This document shows positions 1-8,631 of a DNA stretch of 64,000 nucleotides, piece by piece. Within the stretch, counting starts at the first letter, position 1. Every line of letters starts with the position of its first letter. The DNA comes from Acidimicrobiales bacterium. Its GTDB lineage: Bacteria; Actinomycetota; Acidimicrobiia; Acidimicrobiales; JAUJNH01. The notes under the pieces are model-generated. The model did no database searches and had not been told where the DNA came from. It was given only the letters and a program-made list of their open reading frames with translations. Where the stretch lies: the NCBI GenBank assembly GCA_038253125.1, contig JBBSHM010000003.1:956-64955 (forward strand), in the 5' to 3' direction. A program made the position numbers and the translations under genes.

Positions 1-1
1 G

Positions 2-220
2 GTGGCGGTAGAGGGGATCGGTCTCGGGCACGTCGCGGGCCATGAACGACCACACCCTGACCTGAGCCTCGTCGTCGATCTCGAACAGCGAGACCCAGTA
101 CATGGTGGAGCCTTTGCGGATCGGCACGTCGCCGTCGCCGTCGACCACCAGGTCCTGGGTCTCGCAGAACTCCTTGAGGAGCTGCTCGACGTAGGGGCGC
201 ACCGTGTCGGGGCTGGCCAT
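2..220 (-). CDS. YbjN-like domain protein, N-terminal part (gene runs off the left edge)
   Basis: Reverse-strand translation from ATG (cat at 218-220) gives MASPDTVRPYVEQLLKEFCETQDLVVDGDGDVPIRKGSTMYWVSLFEIDDEAQVRVWSF..., a pattern recalled from actinobacterial YbjN-domain proteins. It is missing from the ORF track because the window edge truncates it. Confidence 0.5.
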   Translation of the reverse strand, partial: MASPDTVRPYVEQLLKEFCETQDLVVDGDGDVPIRKGSTMYWVSLFEIDDEAQVRVWSFMARDVPETDPLYRH

Positions 221-237
221 GGGGCGAGCGTGGCACA

Positions 238-3200
238 TCAACGGAAGTCGCGTGACGGCGGTCCGGGGGGCGCCGCCGAGGCGGAGGCTCCGGGCCGCGA
301 CACCCGCAGGTCGAGCTGCTCCAGCTTCTCGGCCACGACGTTGACCACCGTCTCCTTGCGCTCCAAGCGGCCCTGCACCACCAGCGCCGCCGCCCCCCGG
401 GCCACCCGGCGGAAGGCGGCCCAGCAGCCGGGCGACACGATCACGTTCAACAGACCGGTCTCGTCCTCCAGGCCGAAGAACGTGGTGCCCTCGGCGGTGG
501 CCGGGCGTTGGCGGTGGGTGATGATCCCGGCCACCAGCACCCGGGTTCCGGCGGGGAGACGGACCTGGTCCTCGAGGTCGCGGGCGGTGACCACCCCCCG
601 GGCGTTGAGCCGCTGACGGACGAACCGGGTGGGCGAGCCGGCGGACACCCCGTTTGACCACAGGTCGAACGCCTCCTCCTCGACCGGGGTCAGGCCGGGC
701 AGCTCGGGGGCGGCGCTGCCGGTGACGATGCCGGCCAGGCGGTCGGGCCGCGACTGGCTCACCGCCCCCGCCGCCCACAACGCCCGGCGACGGCTGAGCG
801 AGAACGATTCGGAAAAGGCGCCGGCCGTGGCCAGCGCCTCGAGGTTGGCCAGCGTGAGGGCCGGGTTGCGGCGGGCCACGTCCTCCATGTCGGCATAGGG
901 CCGGCCGGCGGCCAGCGCCTGGGCCCGGTCCTCCCCGAGGGTGCGCACCTCCTGCAGGCCCCGGCGCACCGCCCCCTCCTGGTCGATCGAAGCGAGCGCC
1001 CGGCTGGCGTTGACGTCGGGCCCCTTAACCGCCACGCCGTGGCGGCGAGCGTCGGCGCAGATGGTCTGGGGCGACCAGAACCCCATGGGTTGGGAGCTCA
1101 GCAGGGCGGCGCAGAAGGCGGCCGGGTGGTGCAGCTTCACCCACGACGAGGCGTAGACCAGGTAGGCGAACGACACCGAGTGGCTCTCGGGGAAGCCGTA
1201 GCTGGAGAAGGCGGCCAGCTTCAGCCACAGCACGTCGATCACCTCCGGCGGGATGTCCCTCTCGGCGGCGCCGGCGGCGAACCGGGCGCGCATCTGCTCC
1301 ATGCGCTCGCTGGAGCGCTTCGAGCCCATGGCCTGGCGCAGCTGGTCGGCCTCGGCCGGGGTGAAGCCGGCGCAGTCGATGGCCAGCTGCATCAGCTGCT
1401 CCTGGAACAGCGGCACGCCCAGGGTCTTCTCCAGGGAGCGCTTCATCAGCGGGTGGAGGTAGGTGACCTCCTCCTCGCCGTTGCGGCGACGGATGTAGGG
1501 GTGAACCGATCCGCCCTGGATCGGACCGGGTCGGATGAGGGCCACCTCGACCACCAGGTCATAGAAGCAGCGGGGCTTGAGGCGGGGCAGGGTGGCCATC
1601 TGGGCCCGGGACTCCACCTGGAACACCCCCACCGAGTCGGCCCGGCTGAGCATCTCGTACACGGCCGGGTCCTGACCGATGGTGGCCAGGTCGACCTCGA
1701 TCCCGGTGGACTCGCCGATGAGGTCGACGGCGTGGTGCAGCATCGTCAGCATCCCGAGGCCGAGCAGGTCGAACTTCACCAGGCCGGCCGCCGCGCAGTC
1801 ATCCTTGTCCCACTGAAGGACGGTGCGGCCCACCATGGCGCCCCACTCGACCGGGCACACCTCGACCACCGGCCGGTCGCAGATCACCATGCCGCCCGAG
1901 TGGATGCCGAGGTGGCGGGGGAAGTCCTCGACCTCGCGGGCCAGCTCGAGCACCGCCGACGGGATGTCGTGGCCGCCGCCCTCGACCGTCTTGCGCAGCC
2001 GGCCCCACGGGTCGACCTGCTTCGACCAGGCGTCGACCTGTCCCTGGCTGGCGCCCAGCGCCTTGCCCATGTCGCGCACGGCCGAGCGGGCCCGGTAGGT
2101 GATGACGTTCGCCACCTGCGCCGCCTTCTGCCGGCCGTAGCGGGCGTAGACGTGCTGGATGGCCTCCTCCCGCCGCCCCGACTCGATGTCGAGGTCGATG
2201 TCGGGCGGCCCGTCCCGCTCGGGCGACAGGAAGCGCTCGAACAGAAGGCCGAGGCCCACGGCGTCGGCCTTGGTGATGCCGAGGGCGAAGCACACCGCCG
2301 AGTTGGCCGCCGAGCCCCTTCCCTGGCAGTAGATGTCGTGGCTGCGGCAGAACTCGACGATGTCGTGTACCACCAGGAAGTACCCGGGGAACCCCAGCTG
2401 CTCGATGACGTCGAGCTCGTGGTCGATCTGCCGCCAGGCCCTGCTGTTGATGTCGTCTTCCCCGAGGCAGTGCCCACTTCTGGTGCCCTGAAGGGCCGGA
2501 AGTGGGCACTCTCGGAGGGTCTGCGGCCGGGGGCCGTAGCGGAAGGTGGCGCCCTCCTCGGTGAGGTGGCGGAGCCAGCTCATCTCGGTGTGGCCGGGGG
2601 CGACCGGGCAGTCGGGCAGCCGAGGGGCCACCAGGCGGAGGTCAAAGGCGAGCTGGCGGCCGAGGGTGGCAGCCTGGGCCACCGCTCCCGGCCAGCGGGC
2701 GAAGCGGTGGGCCTGCTCGGCCCCGCTGCGCAGGCAGGCCATGGAGGCCGGCGGCAGCCACCCGTCGACCTCGTCGAGGCTGCGCCGGGCCCGCACCGCA
2801 GCCAGGGCGGTGGCCAGCGGCCGGCGGGCCGGGGTGGCGTAGTGCACGTTGTTGGTGGCCACCACGGCCAGGCCGGCGTCGACGGCCAGGGCGGCCAGGG
2901 CGTCGTTGCGGGCCGAGTCGAGCGGGTCGCCGTGGTCCCACAGCTCGACCACCACCCGGTCGCCGCCGAACAGCGTTACCAGCTGGTCGAGCCGGAGGCG
3001 GGCGGCGGCGGGCCCCGCGGCCATGAGGGCGGCCGGCACCGCCCCCTTGCGGCACCCGGTGAGGACCTGGGCGTGGCCGGCCAGGTGCTCGGCCGCCTGC
3101 TCCAGGCCCAGCACCGGCCGCCCCTTCTCCTCGCCCCGCAGGTGGGCCTCGGAGATGGTGCGGGCCAGGCGGGCGTAGCCGTCGGGCCCATCGGCCAGGA

Positions 3201-3651
3201 CGAGGAGGTGGCTGCCCTCGGGGTCGGCCACCCCGTTCTGGGGCCGGGACAGGCCGATCGTCAGCTCGGCCCCCACCACCAGCGGCACCCCGAGCGCCCG
3301 GGCCGCCTCGGACGCCCGCACCACCCCGTACAGGCCGTCGTGGTCGGTGGTGGCCAGCGCCTCGAGCCCCAGCCGGGCCGCCTCCTCGACCAGCTCCTCG
3401 GGATGGCTGGCCCCGTCGAGGAACGAGAAGTTCGAGTGGCAGTGCAGCTCGGCGTAGGCCACCGCACCGGCATCGGGGCGGGGGATGAGGTGGCGGGGCG
3501 GGTCATAGGCCAGCCGGTGCGGTGACCACGCCGGGCTGTCCCCCCCGTCGCGCCCCGGCTCCCCGCGGCGGCTGCGCCCGTCGGAACGGCGGTCCGACAG
3601 GGCGGCGTTGACCTCCTGCCAGCTGAGGTCGGGGCGCTGGTCCCATCCCAT
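238..3651 (-). CDS. dnaE2: Error-prone DNA polymerase III alpha subunit DnaE2
   Basis: PHP-domain start YAELHCHSNFSFLDGASHPEELVEEAARLGLEALATTDHDGLYGV plus full-length Pol III alpha similarity. The track ORF (to 4029) has an Arg/Gly-rich N-terminal extension. ATG at 3649-3651 (MGWDQRPDLSW...) gives 1138 aa, and a LexA box lies 19 nt upstream. Confidence 0.9.
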   Translation of the reverse strand: MGWDQRPDLSWQEVNAALSDRRSDGRSRRGEPGRDGGDSPAWSPHRLAYDPPRHLIPRPDAGAVAYAELHCHSNFSFLDGASHPEELVEEAARLGLEALATTDHDGLYGVVRASEAARALGVPLVVGAELTIGLSRPQNGVADPEGSHLLVLADGPDGYARLARTISEAHLRGEEKGRPVLGLEQAAEHLAGHAQVLTGCRKGAVPAALMAAGPAAARLRLDQLVTLFGGDRVVVELWDHGDPLDSARNDALAALAVDAGLAVVATNNVHYATPARRPLATALAAVRARRSLDEVDGWLPPASMACLRSGAEQAHRFARWPGAVAQAATLGRQLAFDLRLVAPRLPDCPVAPGHTEMSWLRHLTEEGATFRYGPRPQTLRECPLPALQGTRSGHCLGEDDINSRAWRQIDHELDVIEQLGFPGYFLVVHDIVEFCRSHDIYCQGRGSAANSAVCFALGITKADAVGLGLLFERFLSPERDGPPDIDLDIESGRREEAIQHVYARYGRQKAAQVANVITYRARSAVRDMGKALGASQGQVDAWSKQVDPWGRLRKTVEGGGHDIPSAVLELAREVEDFPRHLGIHSGGMVICDRPVVEVCPVEWGAMVGRTVLQWDKDDCAAAGLVKFDLLGLGMLTMLHHAVDLIGESTGIEVDLATIGQDPAVYEMLSRADSVGVFQVESRAQMATLPRLKPRCFYDLVVEVALIRPGPIQGGSVHPYIRRRNGEEEVTYLHPLMKRSLEKTLGVPLFQEQLMQLAIDCAGFTPAEADQLRQAMGSKRSSERMEQMRARFAAGAAERDIPPEVIDVLWLKLAAFSSYGFPESHSVSFAYLVYASSWVKLHHPAAFCAALLSSQPMGFWSPQTICADARRHGVAVKGPDVNASRALASIDQEGAVRRGLQEVRTLGEDRAQALAAGRPYADMEDVARRNPALTLANLEALATAGAFSESFSLSRRRALWAAGAVSQSRPDRLAGIVTGSAAPELPGLTPVEEEAFDLWSNGVSAGSPTRFVRQRLNARGVVTARDLEDQVRLPAGTRVLVAGIITHRQRPATAEGTTFFGLEDETGLLNVIVSPGCWAAFRRVARGAAALVVQGRLERKETVVNVVAEKLEQLDLRVSRPGASASAAPPGPPSRDFR

Positions 3652-3669
3652 GGGAGGAGCCACTGTAGA

Positions 3670-3683
3670 CGAACATGTGTTCG
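3670..3683. promoter_or_regulatory. LexA (SOS) box CGAAC-ATGT-GTTCG between dnaE2 and the divergent DUF2277 gene
   Basis: Perfect palindrome matching the actinobacterial SOS box core TCGAAC-N4-GTTCGA, located between the dnaE2 start (3651) and the plus-strand gene start (3789). Confidence 0.8.
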
Positions 3684-3788
3684 CCCCCGCTCCCCCAACA
3701 CCCCACCCCCCGGAACTGTCGGGAGTAGCTGTCGCCTGGCGCAGCACTTCTCCCGACAGAAGCGATGGGGGCGGGGCAGGATGGGGGC

Positions 3789-4031
3789 ATGTGCCGGAGC
3801 ATCCGACCGCTGCACCGATCCGAGGTCGAGCCGACCGACCTCGACGTGCGCGACGCCGCCGTCCAGTACGTCCGCAAGCTGTCGGGGATCCGCACCCCGT
3901 CACGAGCCGACGCCCCCGCCTTTGAGGCCGCCGTCGAGGAGGTGGCGGCCTCGACCGCCCGCCTGCTCGCCGCTCTCCGCCCCGCCCCGCCCGTGCCCGG
4001 CCGGATACCGCTGCGCCACCTCCACCCATGA
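3789..4031 (+). CDS. DUF2277 family protein
   Basis: MCRSIRPLHRSEVEPTDLDVRDAAVQYVRKLSGIRTPSRADAPAFEAAVEEVAASTARLL matches the recalled DUF2277 pattern (MCRxI...AAxQYVRKxSG...AFxxAVxEVA). The start is taken at the internal ATG of track ORF 3765-4031. Confidence 0.65.
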   Translation: MCRSIRPLHRSEVEPTDLDVRDAAVQYVRKLSGIRTPSRADAPAFEAAVEEVAASTARLLAALRPAPPVPGRIPLRHLHP

Positions 4032-4465
4032 CATTCCGGATCCTGCACCTGACCTTTGACTGCGCGGATCCCGGCGCCCTCGCCGACTTCTGGTGCGCCG
4101 TCCTTGGCTACGAGCGGACGCCGCTCGGGTTGGAGATGGTCGCCGAGGCCGTGCCGCCCGACGGAGTCGAGGCGCCCAAGCTGCTCTTCATCAAAGTTCC
4201 CGAGCCGAAGACGGCCAAGAACCGCCTGCACGTCGACTTCGCAGTGCCCGACCGTGAGCCCGCCCACGGCGCTCGGCGCGATCGGGAACGACAGCTCCGA
4301 TCCGTCATCCCGGGTGACGTAGACCCGGTCGACACCTTCATCGGCCCCGCCCCGCACGAAAGCCAGGTTCGTCGCCACGACCTGGCATCCTGCTGCACCT
4401 GGTGCCCGCATGGAAGGTGGTTCTCCGCTCCGACGAGCTCGGTGCCCTCCCGCACCGGGTCGTGA
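4028..4465 (+). CDS. VOC/glyoxalase-like domain protein with a degenerate C-terminal half (possible pseudogene)
   Basis: The first ~77 aa (MTFRILHLTFDCADPGALADFWCAVLGYERTP...KNRLHVDFAVPDRE) look like a glyoxalase-like domain. The rest is Arg/Ser-rich with no recognisable second half, and it overlaps the next gene. Confidence 0.4.
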   Translation: MTFRILHLTFDCADPGALADFWCAVLGYERTPLGLEMVAEAVPPDGVEAPKLLFIKVPEPKTAKNRLHVDFAVPDREPAHGARRDRERQLRSVIPGDVDPVDTFIGPAPHESQVRRHDLASCCTWCPHGRWFSAPTSSVPSRTGS

Positions 4466-4716
4466 TCGACGGACATGAGGTCGTGCTGTGGCGCATCGCC
4501 GACGGTGAGGTGGCGGCCCTTGATGACCGCTGCGCCCACCAGGCCATGCGCCTGTCCATCGGCACCACCCTCCCCGACGGCTGCCTGGTGTGCGTGGCCC
4601 ACGGCTGGACCTACCGCCCCGACGGCACCAACGCCCTGATCCCCGGAGGCCCGAGCGTCCGCGCCCACCAGGCCCACGACGACGGGGTAGTCATCAGAGT
4701 CCGCCTCTCGGGCTGA
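4402..4716 (+). CDS. Rieske [2Fe-2S] domain protein
   Basis: Rieske motif CxH...CxxH is present: DDRCAHQAMRLS...GCLVCVAHGWTY. GTG start at 4402; the start is uncertain. Confidence 0.7.
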   Translation: MPAWKVVLRSDELGALPHRVVIDGHEVVLWRIADGEVAALDDRCAHQAMRLSIGTTLPDGCLVCVAHGWTYRPDGTNALIPGGPSVRAHQAHDDGVVIRVRLSG

Positions 4717-5113
4717 CGACGGGCAAGCCGGCCTGCGAGGCGACTGTCGACTCGAGGATCACGTGAATCTTTGTCAAAGTGGGGTCATGCCGGTTACTGG
4801 CCTTCCCTTTCATCCTGAGTACCTATTGAGTCATATCAACTTCCAAGACTAAAACCTCCCGCCTAAGACTAGACTCCTTCGCATGCTTCAAGCGACAAGC
4901 CCAAGGAGCACTATGACGAGAACGACCTTCGCTCAGCAGTCTTTGCGCTTGCGGAAGATCGGATAGAGAATTTCGTCCAGATCGGCTTGCCGTGTTCGGC
5001 AAACGGCGTCCTGGGACATCCTGATCCAGAGCCCGCTACTGACAAATCGTGCTGCTCGAGCCACGAGAGAACAAGGTACTTTGCACCAGATCGTTACGGA
5101 GGATAGGTTGGCA

Positions 5114-5351
5114 GTGCAGCAACCGCACATCGCTTCCAGCGCTAACAAGCATGGTGTCCCAGACGAGACGATCCTCCATGCCTTGCCTTCAACAACCCAC
5201 TCACGACAGAGGACCTCGACGAGGGCATGACCATGCTCATCGGGTCCGACCACGCCGGCAACCTCTACGAGATCGGTGTCGTCAGTTCCGAGAGAGAGGT
5301 CTGGTCATTGTCCACGCTATGCCCGCACGAGCCACATACCTCGGTGATGCC
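5114..5351 (+). pseudogene. Frameshifted small toxin-like gene (KHGV...HAMPAR type)
   Basis: GGAGGA at 5098-5103, then GTG at 5114. The peptide VQQPHIASSANKHGVPDETILHAL (phase 2) continues as NNPLTTEDLDEGMTMLIGSDHAGNLYEIGVVSSERE (phase 1) and then GLVIVHAMPARATYLGDA (phase 0), so two frameshifts are needed to read it through. Confidence 0.5.
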
Positions 5352-5621
5352 ATGCCCCGAAGCCTCAAGGAGATCCTTGAGCAGGCCGACAAACTCGCCG
5401 CCCTGTTCGAAGACCACAACCCCACTGATGTCAAGGATGCCGCCGCGCTCCAGGCGTTGCGGGGCGCGTTCCGAGAACGAGCCGAGGGTGATGCCCGTCT
5501 CGCTGCTGCTGTCTCGGCGGCTCGCGCCGACGGACACTCCTGGGCGGCGATAGGAGCCATGGTTGGCACCTCGGGCGAGGCCGCTCGGCAACGCTACGGG
5601 AACCCGGCACGAAATTGCTGA
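5352..5621 (+). CDS. Small HTH protein, putative antitoxin partner of the decayed upstream toxin
   Basis: MPRSLKEILEQADKLAALFEDHNPTDV...ARADGHSWAAIGAMVGTSGEAARQRYG has a C-terminal sigma-region-4-like HTH. ATG at 5352 directly follows the toxin remnant. Confidence 0.55.
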   Translation: MPRSLKEILEQADKLAALFEDHNPTDVKDAAALQALRGAFRERAEGDARLAAAVSAARADGHSWAAIGAMVGTSGEAARQRYGNPARNC

Positions 5622-5690
5622 TCAGGGCGCCTCGGCGGTCAGCCACCTCCGCACCACGTCAAGACAGGGATCGAAGGTCTCTCGCATGGG

Positions 5691-7673
5691 TCAGTCGTAT
5701 GTGGCCTCGAGCCACCACCGGCCCTGGTCGCAGGCCAGGAGGAGGGCGGTTCCGTCGGAAGCGATGACCTGGATGCGGGCCAGGCGGGAAGCGGCGGCGG
5801 GATCCCACCAGCGCTCCTCGACCGGCCACGGGCCGGCCCAGCCGGACACCTCCAGGGCGCGTGCCGACCATGTCACCCGGGACGGGGCGGCGCTGGCCAG
5901 GCCTCGGCCGGACACCAGGACCGGGGCGCCGGCGGCGTCGACCACCTCGACCGGCTCCCGCTCGGGAGGCACCACGGCCGGCGGGGGCCCGGGGATGCAG
6001 CCTGGCCACGGTGGCACCTCGTCGGCGGCGGCACCTGTGATCCCCGCTCTGTCGGACCGCTCGGGCCCTGTGATCCCCGCTCTGTCGGGCCGCTCGGGCC
6101 CTGTGATCCCCGCTCCATGAGGCGGCTCTAGCTCTGGGCCGCGCTGGGGGCGGCGCACCACAGGTTCGGCCTCCTCGGGGCGTTCGGCCACCGGGCCCAG
6201 CTCGATGGCTGCCCTCTTCGCTTGGCCGCCGGGCTGGGCCGGCTCGCGCTGGTCACCCCACGGAACGAGGGTGGCGCGGGGCAGCGGGCCCCTCCCGCCT
6301 GAGAGCACGGCGGTAACCACCGCCGCCGGGCCCAGCAGGCCCTGAACCCTGGCCAACGCCCGGGACGCCCGCTCGTCCGCCTCGGCGTCGCCACCCCAGA
6401 ACCCCAGCTGGCGGCCACCACCAGGCACCACCTCCTCGGGCACCAGGCGCAGCAGCGTGAGGCCACCACCCTCAGCCCGGCCGCCGACATCCCCCAACTC
6501 GTGCCCTCCGCTCTGCTGGGCCGCTCGGGCCCTCTGCTCCCCGCTCTGCTCGGCCGCTCGGGCCCTGGTGGTGAGCCAGCCGTCCAGCTGCCAGCGCACC
6601 CGTTCGGCGGTGGCACCCGGGGTGAAGCGGCCCTCGTGGCGCCACACCCGGCTGAGGCGCTCGCCGTCGGTGGTGACGGCCTCGATGGTCAGCCGGGTGC
6701 AGGCCAGACCCTGGCGCTCGAGCCGGTCGTGCAGGTCGGCCGCCAGCGTGCGGGCGGCGAAGGCGGCGGTGTCGATACGGTCGGCCGGCGGGTCGAGGGC
6801 CACCTCGGCCACCAGGTCGGGAGGGGGGTCACGGGCGTCGAGCGGCCGGTCGTCGAGGCCGTTGGCCCGGCGCCAGGCCAGCCCTCCGGCAGCGCCGAAG
6901 CGAGCCATGACGTCGACCTCGGAGAGGGCGGCCACCGACCCGAGCGTCCGCAGACCCAGCCGCACCAGCAGCGACGCCAGATCAGGCGCCGCCCTGGCGG
7001 GCGCGCCGAGCGCGTCGCCCAGGGCGGACACGGGCAGATCGGCCAGGAAGGGCCGGGTGGCACCCGATGCCAGCACCAGGATCGGGGCACCCCCGGCCGT
7101 GGCCCGGGCCGCCAGCGAGGCGGCAAAGGCGCCGTCGGCCACCCCCGCCCCGATGTGGGCGGCGGCGCCGCCCAGAACCTCCTGGACCGCCGCCACCACC
7201 CGGGCGGCCAGGGGCTCGTCGCCGCCGAAGTAGCGCGACGGCCCCCGGGTGGCCATCGAGCACAGGCCGGGGCGGGTCAGCTCGATGCGGGGGGCGAAGG
7301 CCTCGATGGCGGCGACCACCGGCTCGAAGGCCCGGGCGTCGCGGGCCGGGTCATGGGCGAGGACGGCCAGGTGGGCACAGCGGGCCTCGGCGTCACGCCG
7401 ACGCATGCCCCGGTGCACGGCCTCGGCCCGGGCCGCCGGCGTGCACGCCACGATGCGCCCGGCGCGCAGGACGACCGCCGGCTCGTCGGCCGGCACCCCG
7501 GCCGCCACCAGCGGCCAGTCGGCGCACCACAGCGCCAAGGTCCGCACCGCCGTCGCCCACGGCCTGATCGCAGAGGCGGGAGCGCCAGCGCCATCCGCGG
7601 GGTCGGTAGTGGACGAAGCCGCGGCGCGGCCCACGTACCCGGCCAGGGCGGCCGCCGCCGGGCCGTGGTCCAC
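5691..7673 (-). CDS. imuB: ImuB, Y-family-polymerase-like mutasome subunit
   Basis: N-terminus LALWCADWPLVAAGVPADEPAVVLRAGRIVACTPAARAEAVHRGMRRRDAEARC is typical of ImuB. The gene immediately follows imuA' (TAG then GTG). It carries two blocks of the 33-bp repeat. Confidence 0.85.
   Translation of the reverse strand: MDHGPAAAALAGYVGRAAASSTTDPADGAGAPASAIRPWATAVRTLALWCADWPLVAAGVPADEPAVVLRAGRIVACTPAARAEAVHRGMRRRDAEARCAHLAVLAHDPARDARAFEPVVAAIEAFAPRIELTRPGLCSMATRGPSRYFGGDEPLAARVVAAVQEVLGGAAAHIGAGVADGAFAASLAARATAGGAPILVLASGATRPFLADLPVSALGDALGAPARAAPDLASLLVRLGLRTLGSVAALSEVDVMARFGAAGGLAWRRANGLDDRPLDARDPPPDLVAEVALDPPADRIDTAAFAARTLAADLHDRLERQGLACTRLTIEAVTTDGERLSRVWRHEGRFTPGATAERVRWQLDGWLTTRARAAEQSGEQRARAAQQSGGHELGDVGGRAEGGGLTLLRLVPEEVVPGGGRQLGFWGGDAEADERASRALARVQGLLGPAAVVTAVLSGGRGPLPRATLVPWGDQREPAQPGGQAKRAAIELGPVAERPEEAEPVVRRPQRGPELEPPHGAGITGPERPDRAGITGPERSDRAGITGAAADEVPPWPGCIPGPPPAVVPPEREPVEVVDAAGAPVLVSGRGLASAAPSRVTWSARALEVSGWAGPWPVEERWWDPAAASRLARIQVIASDGTALLLACDQGRWWLEATYD
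6035..6116. repeat. 33-bp tandem repeat, 2 full copies plus 1 partial (inside imuB, site 1)
   Basis: ctgtgatccccgctctgtcggaccgctcgggcc (6035-6067), ctgtgatccccgctctgtcgggccgctcgggcc (6068-6100), then ctgtgatccccgctcc. Translated as GITGPERxDRA. Confidence 0.95.
6498..6564. repeat. 33-bp tandem repeat, 2 copies (inside imuB, site 2)
   Basis: ...ccctccgctctgctgggccgctcgggcc followed by ctctgctccccgctctgctcggccgctcgggcc (6532-6564). Translated in another phase as RARAAEQSGEQRARAAQQSG. Confidence 0.9.
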
Positions 7674-8618
7674 CTAGCCGCCCAACCCTCTGCGCCGCCC
7701 GTCGCCGTGTTCTGCCCGGACAGGAACCGTAGCCTTGGCACCACCTTCTGCCCGGGCAGCCGTGGCGCCGTTCTGCCCGGGCCGGAACCGTCGTCCTGGC
7801 AGCACGTTCTGCCCGGGCAGCGGTGGCTCGACCACGGCCACCCCGTCGTAGCCGGGGAGCCACAGGTGCACCGACCGCTCGCGGCTGGCGGCGCCCCGTC
7901 CGGTGGCGGCCACCTTGACCTGGCGGGCCTGGAGGAAACCGTGGCCGGCCTCGACGCCGTGCCAGGTGGCCGCCACCACCCGCAGCCGCAGGTCGGCCCC
8001 CTCCACCCACGACGCACCGGCCGGGAGCAGGGGGATGAGCACGCTGCCCCGCTCCCGGGCCCGGGCGACCAGGCGGCGGGCGTCGGGAGCCCGAAGGCCG
8101 GGAGGCACGGCCGCCACCACCAGGTCGATCCCGTCGAGCAGGGCCGCCACCACCGTGGGCCAGTGGCCCAGGACGGCGGCGTCGGGAACCAGGGCCAGCC
8201 GCTCCAGCGCCACGCCCAGGTGGGCGGCCGCCGGGGCGTGGGCCGCAGGCAGGCCGACGACCGCCGCCCACGAGCCGGCCTGGGTGGCGGCGGCCACGAG
8301 GGCGAAGGCCAGGCTGGTGGCCCCGAGCCCCGACCCGCCCGCCACGGTGGCGGTGGACCCCCGGCGCAAACCCTCAGGTCCTGAGGGCAGGGTTCCCCGC
8401 TCCGAGGGGCCGCTCGGGCCCAGGATCCCCCGCTCTGAGGGGCCGCTCGGGCCCAGGATCCCGGCGAGGGCGGGGAGGATCGGGAGGGTCTGATCCCGGG
8501 CCAGGGTGATGGGCGCCACCCGCTCGGCCAGCGCCCGCAGGCCCGCGGCCTGAACAGCCCGGCCCGAGCCACCGTCGTCATCCGGGCCGACTAGCGGCCG
8601 GTTGAGCGCCACGACCAT
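7674..8618 (-). CDS. imuA': ImuA' (RecA-fold mutasome accessory protein)
   Basis: GGSGLGATSLAFALVAAATQAGSWAAVVGLPAAH...GVALERLALVP resembles mycobacterial ImuA'. It is the first gene of the imuA'-imuB pair, with a LexA box 14 nt upstream of the start. Confidence 0.75.
   Translation of the reverse strand: MVVALNRPLVGPDDDGGSGRAVQAAGLRALAERVAPITLARDQTLPILPALAGILGPSGPSERGILGPSGPSERGTLPSGPEGLRRGSTATVAGGSGLGATSLAFALVAAATQAGSWAAVVGLPAAHAPAAAHLGVALERLALVPDAAVLGHWPTVVAALLDGIDLVVAAVPPGLRAPDARRLVARARERGSVLIPLLPAGASWVEGADLRLRVVAATWHGVEAGHGFLQARQVKVAATGRGAASRERSVHLWLPGYDGVAVVEPPLPGQNVLPGRRFRPGQNGATAARAEGGAKATVPVRAEHGDGRRRGLGG
7704..7827. repeat. Two tandem copies (63 and 61 nt) of a palindrome-containing unit forming the 3' end of imuA'
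   Basis: gccgtgttctgcccggacaggaaccgtagccttggcaccaccttctgcccgggcagccgtggc, then gccgttctgcccgggccggaaccgtcgtcctggcagcacgttctgcccgggcagcggtggc. Each contains the palindrome ctgcccgggcag. Confidence 0.85.
8388..8464. repeat. 33-bp tandem repeat, 2 copies plus 1 partial (inside imuA')
   Basis: cagggttccccgctccgaggggccgctcgggcc (8388-8420), caggatcccccgctctgaggggccgctcgggcc (8421-8453), then caggatcccgg. Translated as GPSGPSERGIL. Confidence 0.95.
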
Positions 8619-8631
8619 GGCCTCATCGTAG

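Noticed and set aside
2-616. 204-aa plus-strand ORF at the left edge
   Set aside because: It overlaps the dnaE2 3' end and a better-supported minus-strand YbjN-like gene start. Its composition is low complexity.
1039-3525. 828-aa plus-strand ORF and several shorter ORFs overlapping dnaE2
   Set aside because: They are antisense to a confidently identified Pol III alpha gene. The translation is Arg/Gly/His/Pro-rich with no recognisable motif, which is the typical long stop-free antisense frame of high-GC DNA.
4933-5253. 106-aa minus-strand ORF in the low-GC patch
   Set aside because: It overlaps the toxin remnant on the other strand, is Cys-rich and odd in composition, and has no SD or family signal. 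Only a short terminal piece (MSQDAVCRTRQADLDEILYPIFRKRKDC) looks protein-like, which is insufficient.
6501-8384. 627-aa plus-strand ORF, and the 7277-8581 and 7393-8271 minus-strand alternatives
   Set aside because: They are antisense or out of phase relative to imuB/imuA', with extreme Gly/Arg/Pro content and no domain signature.
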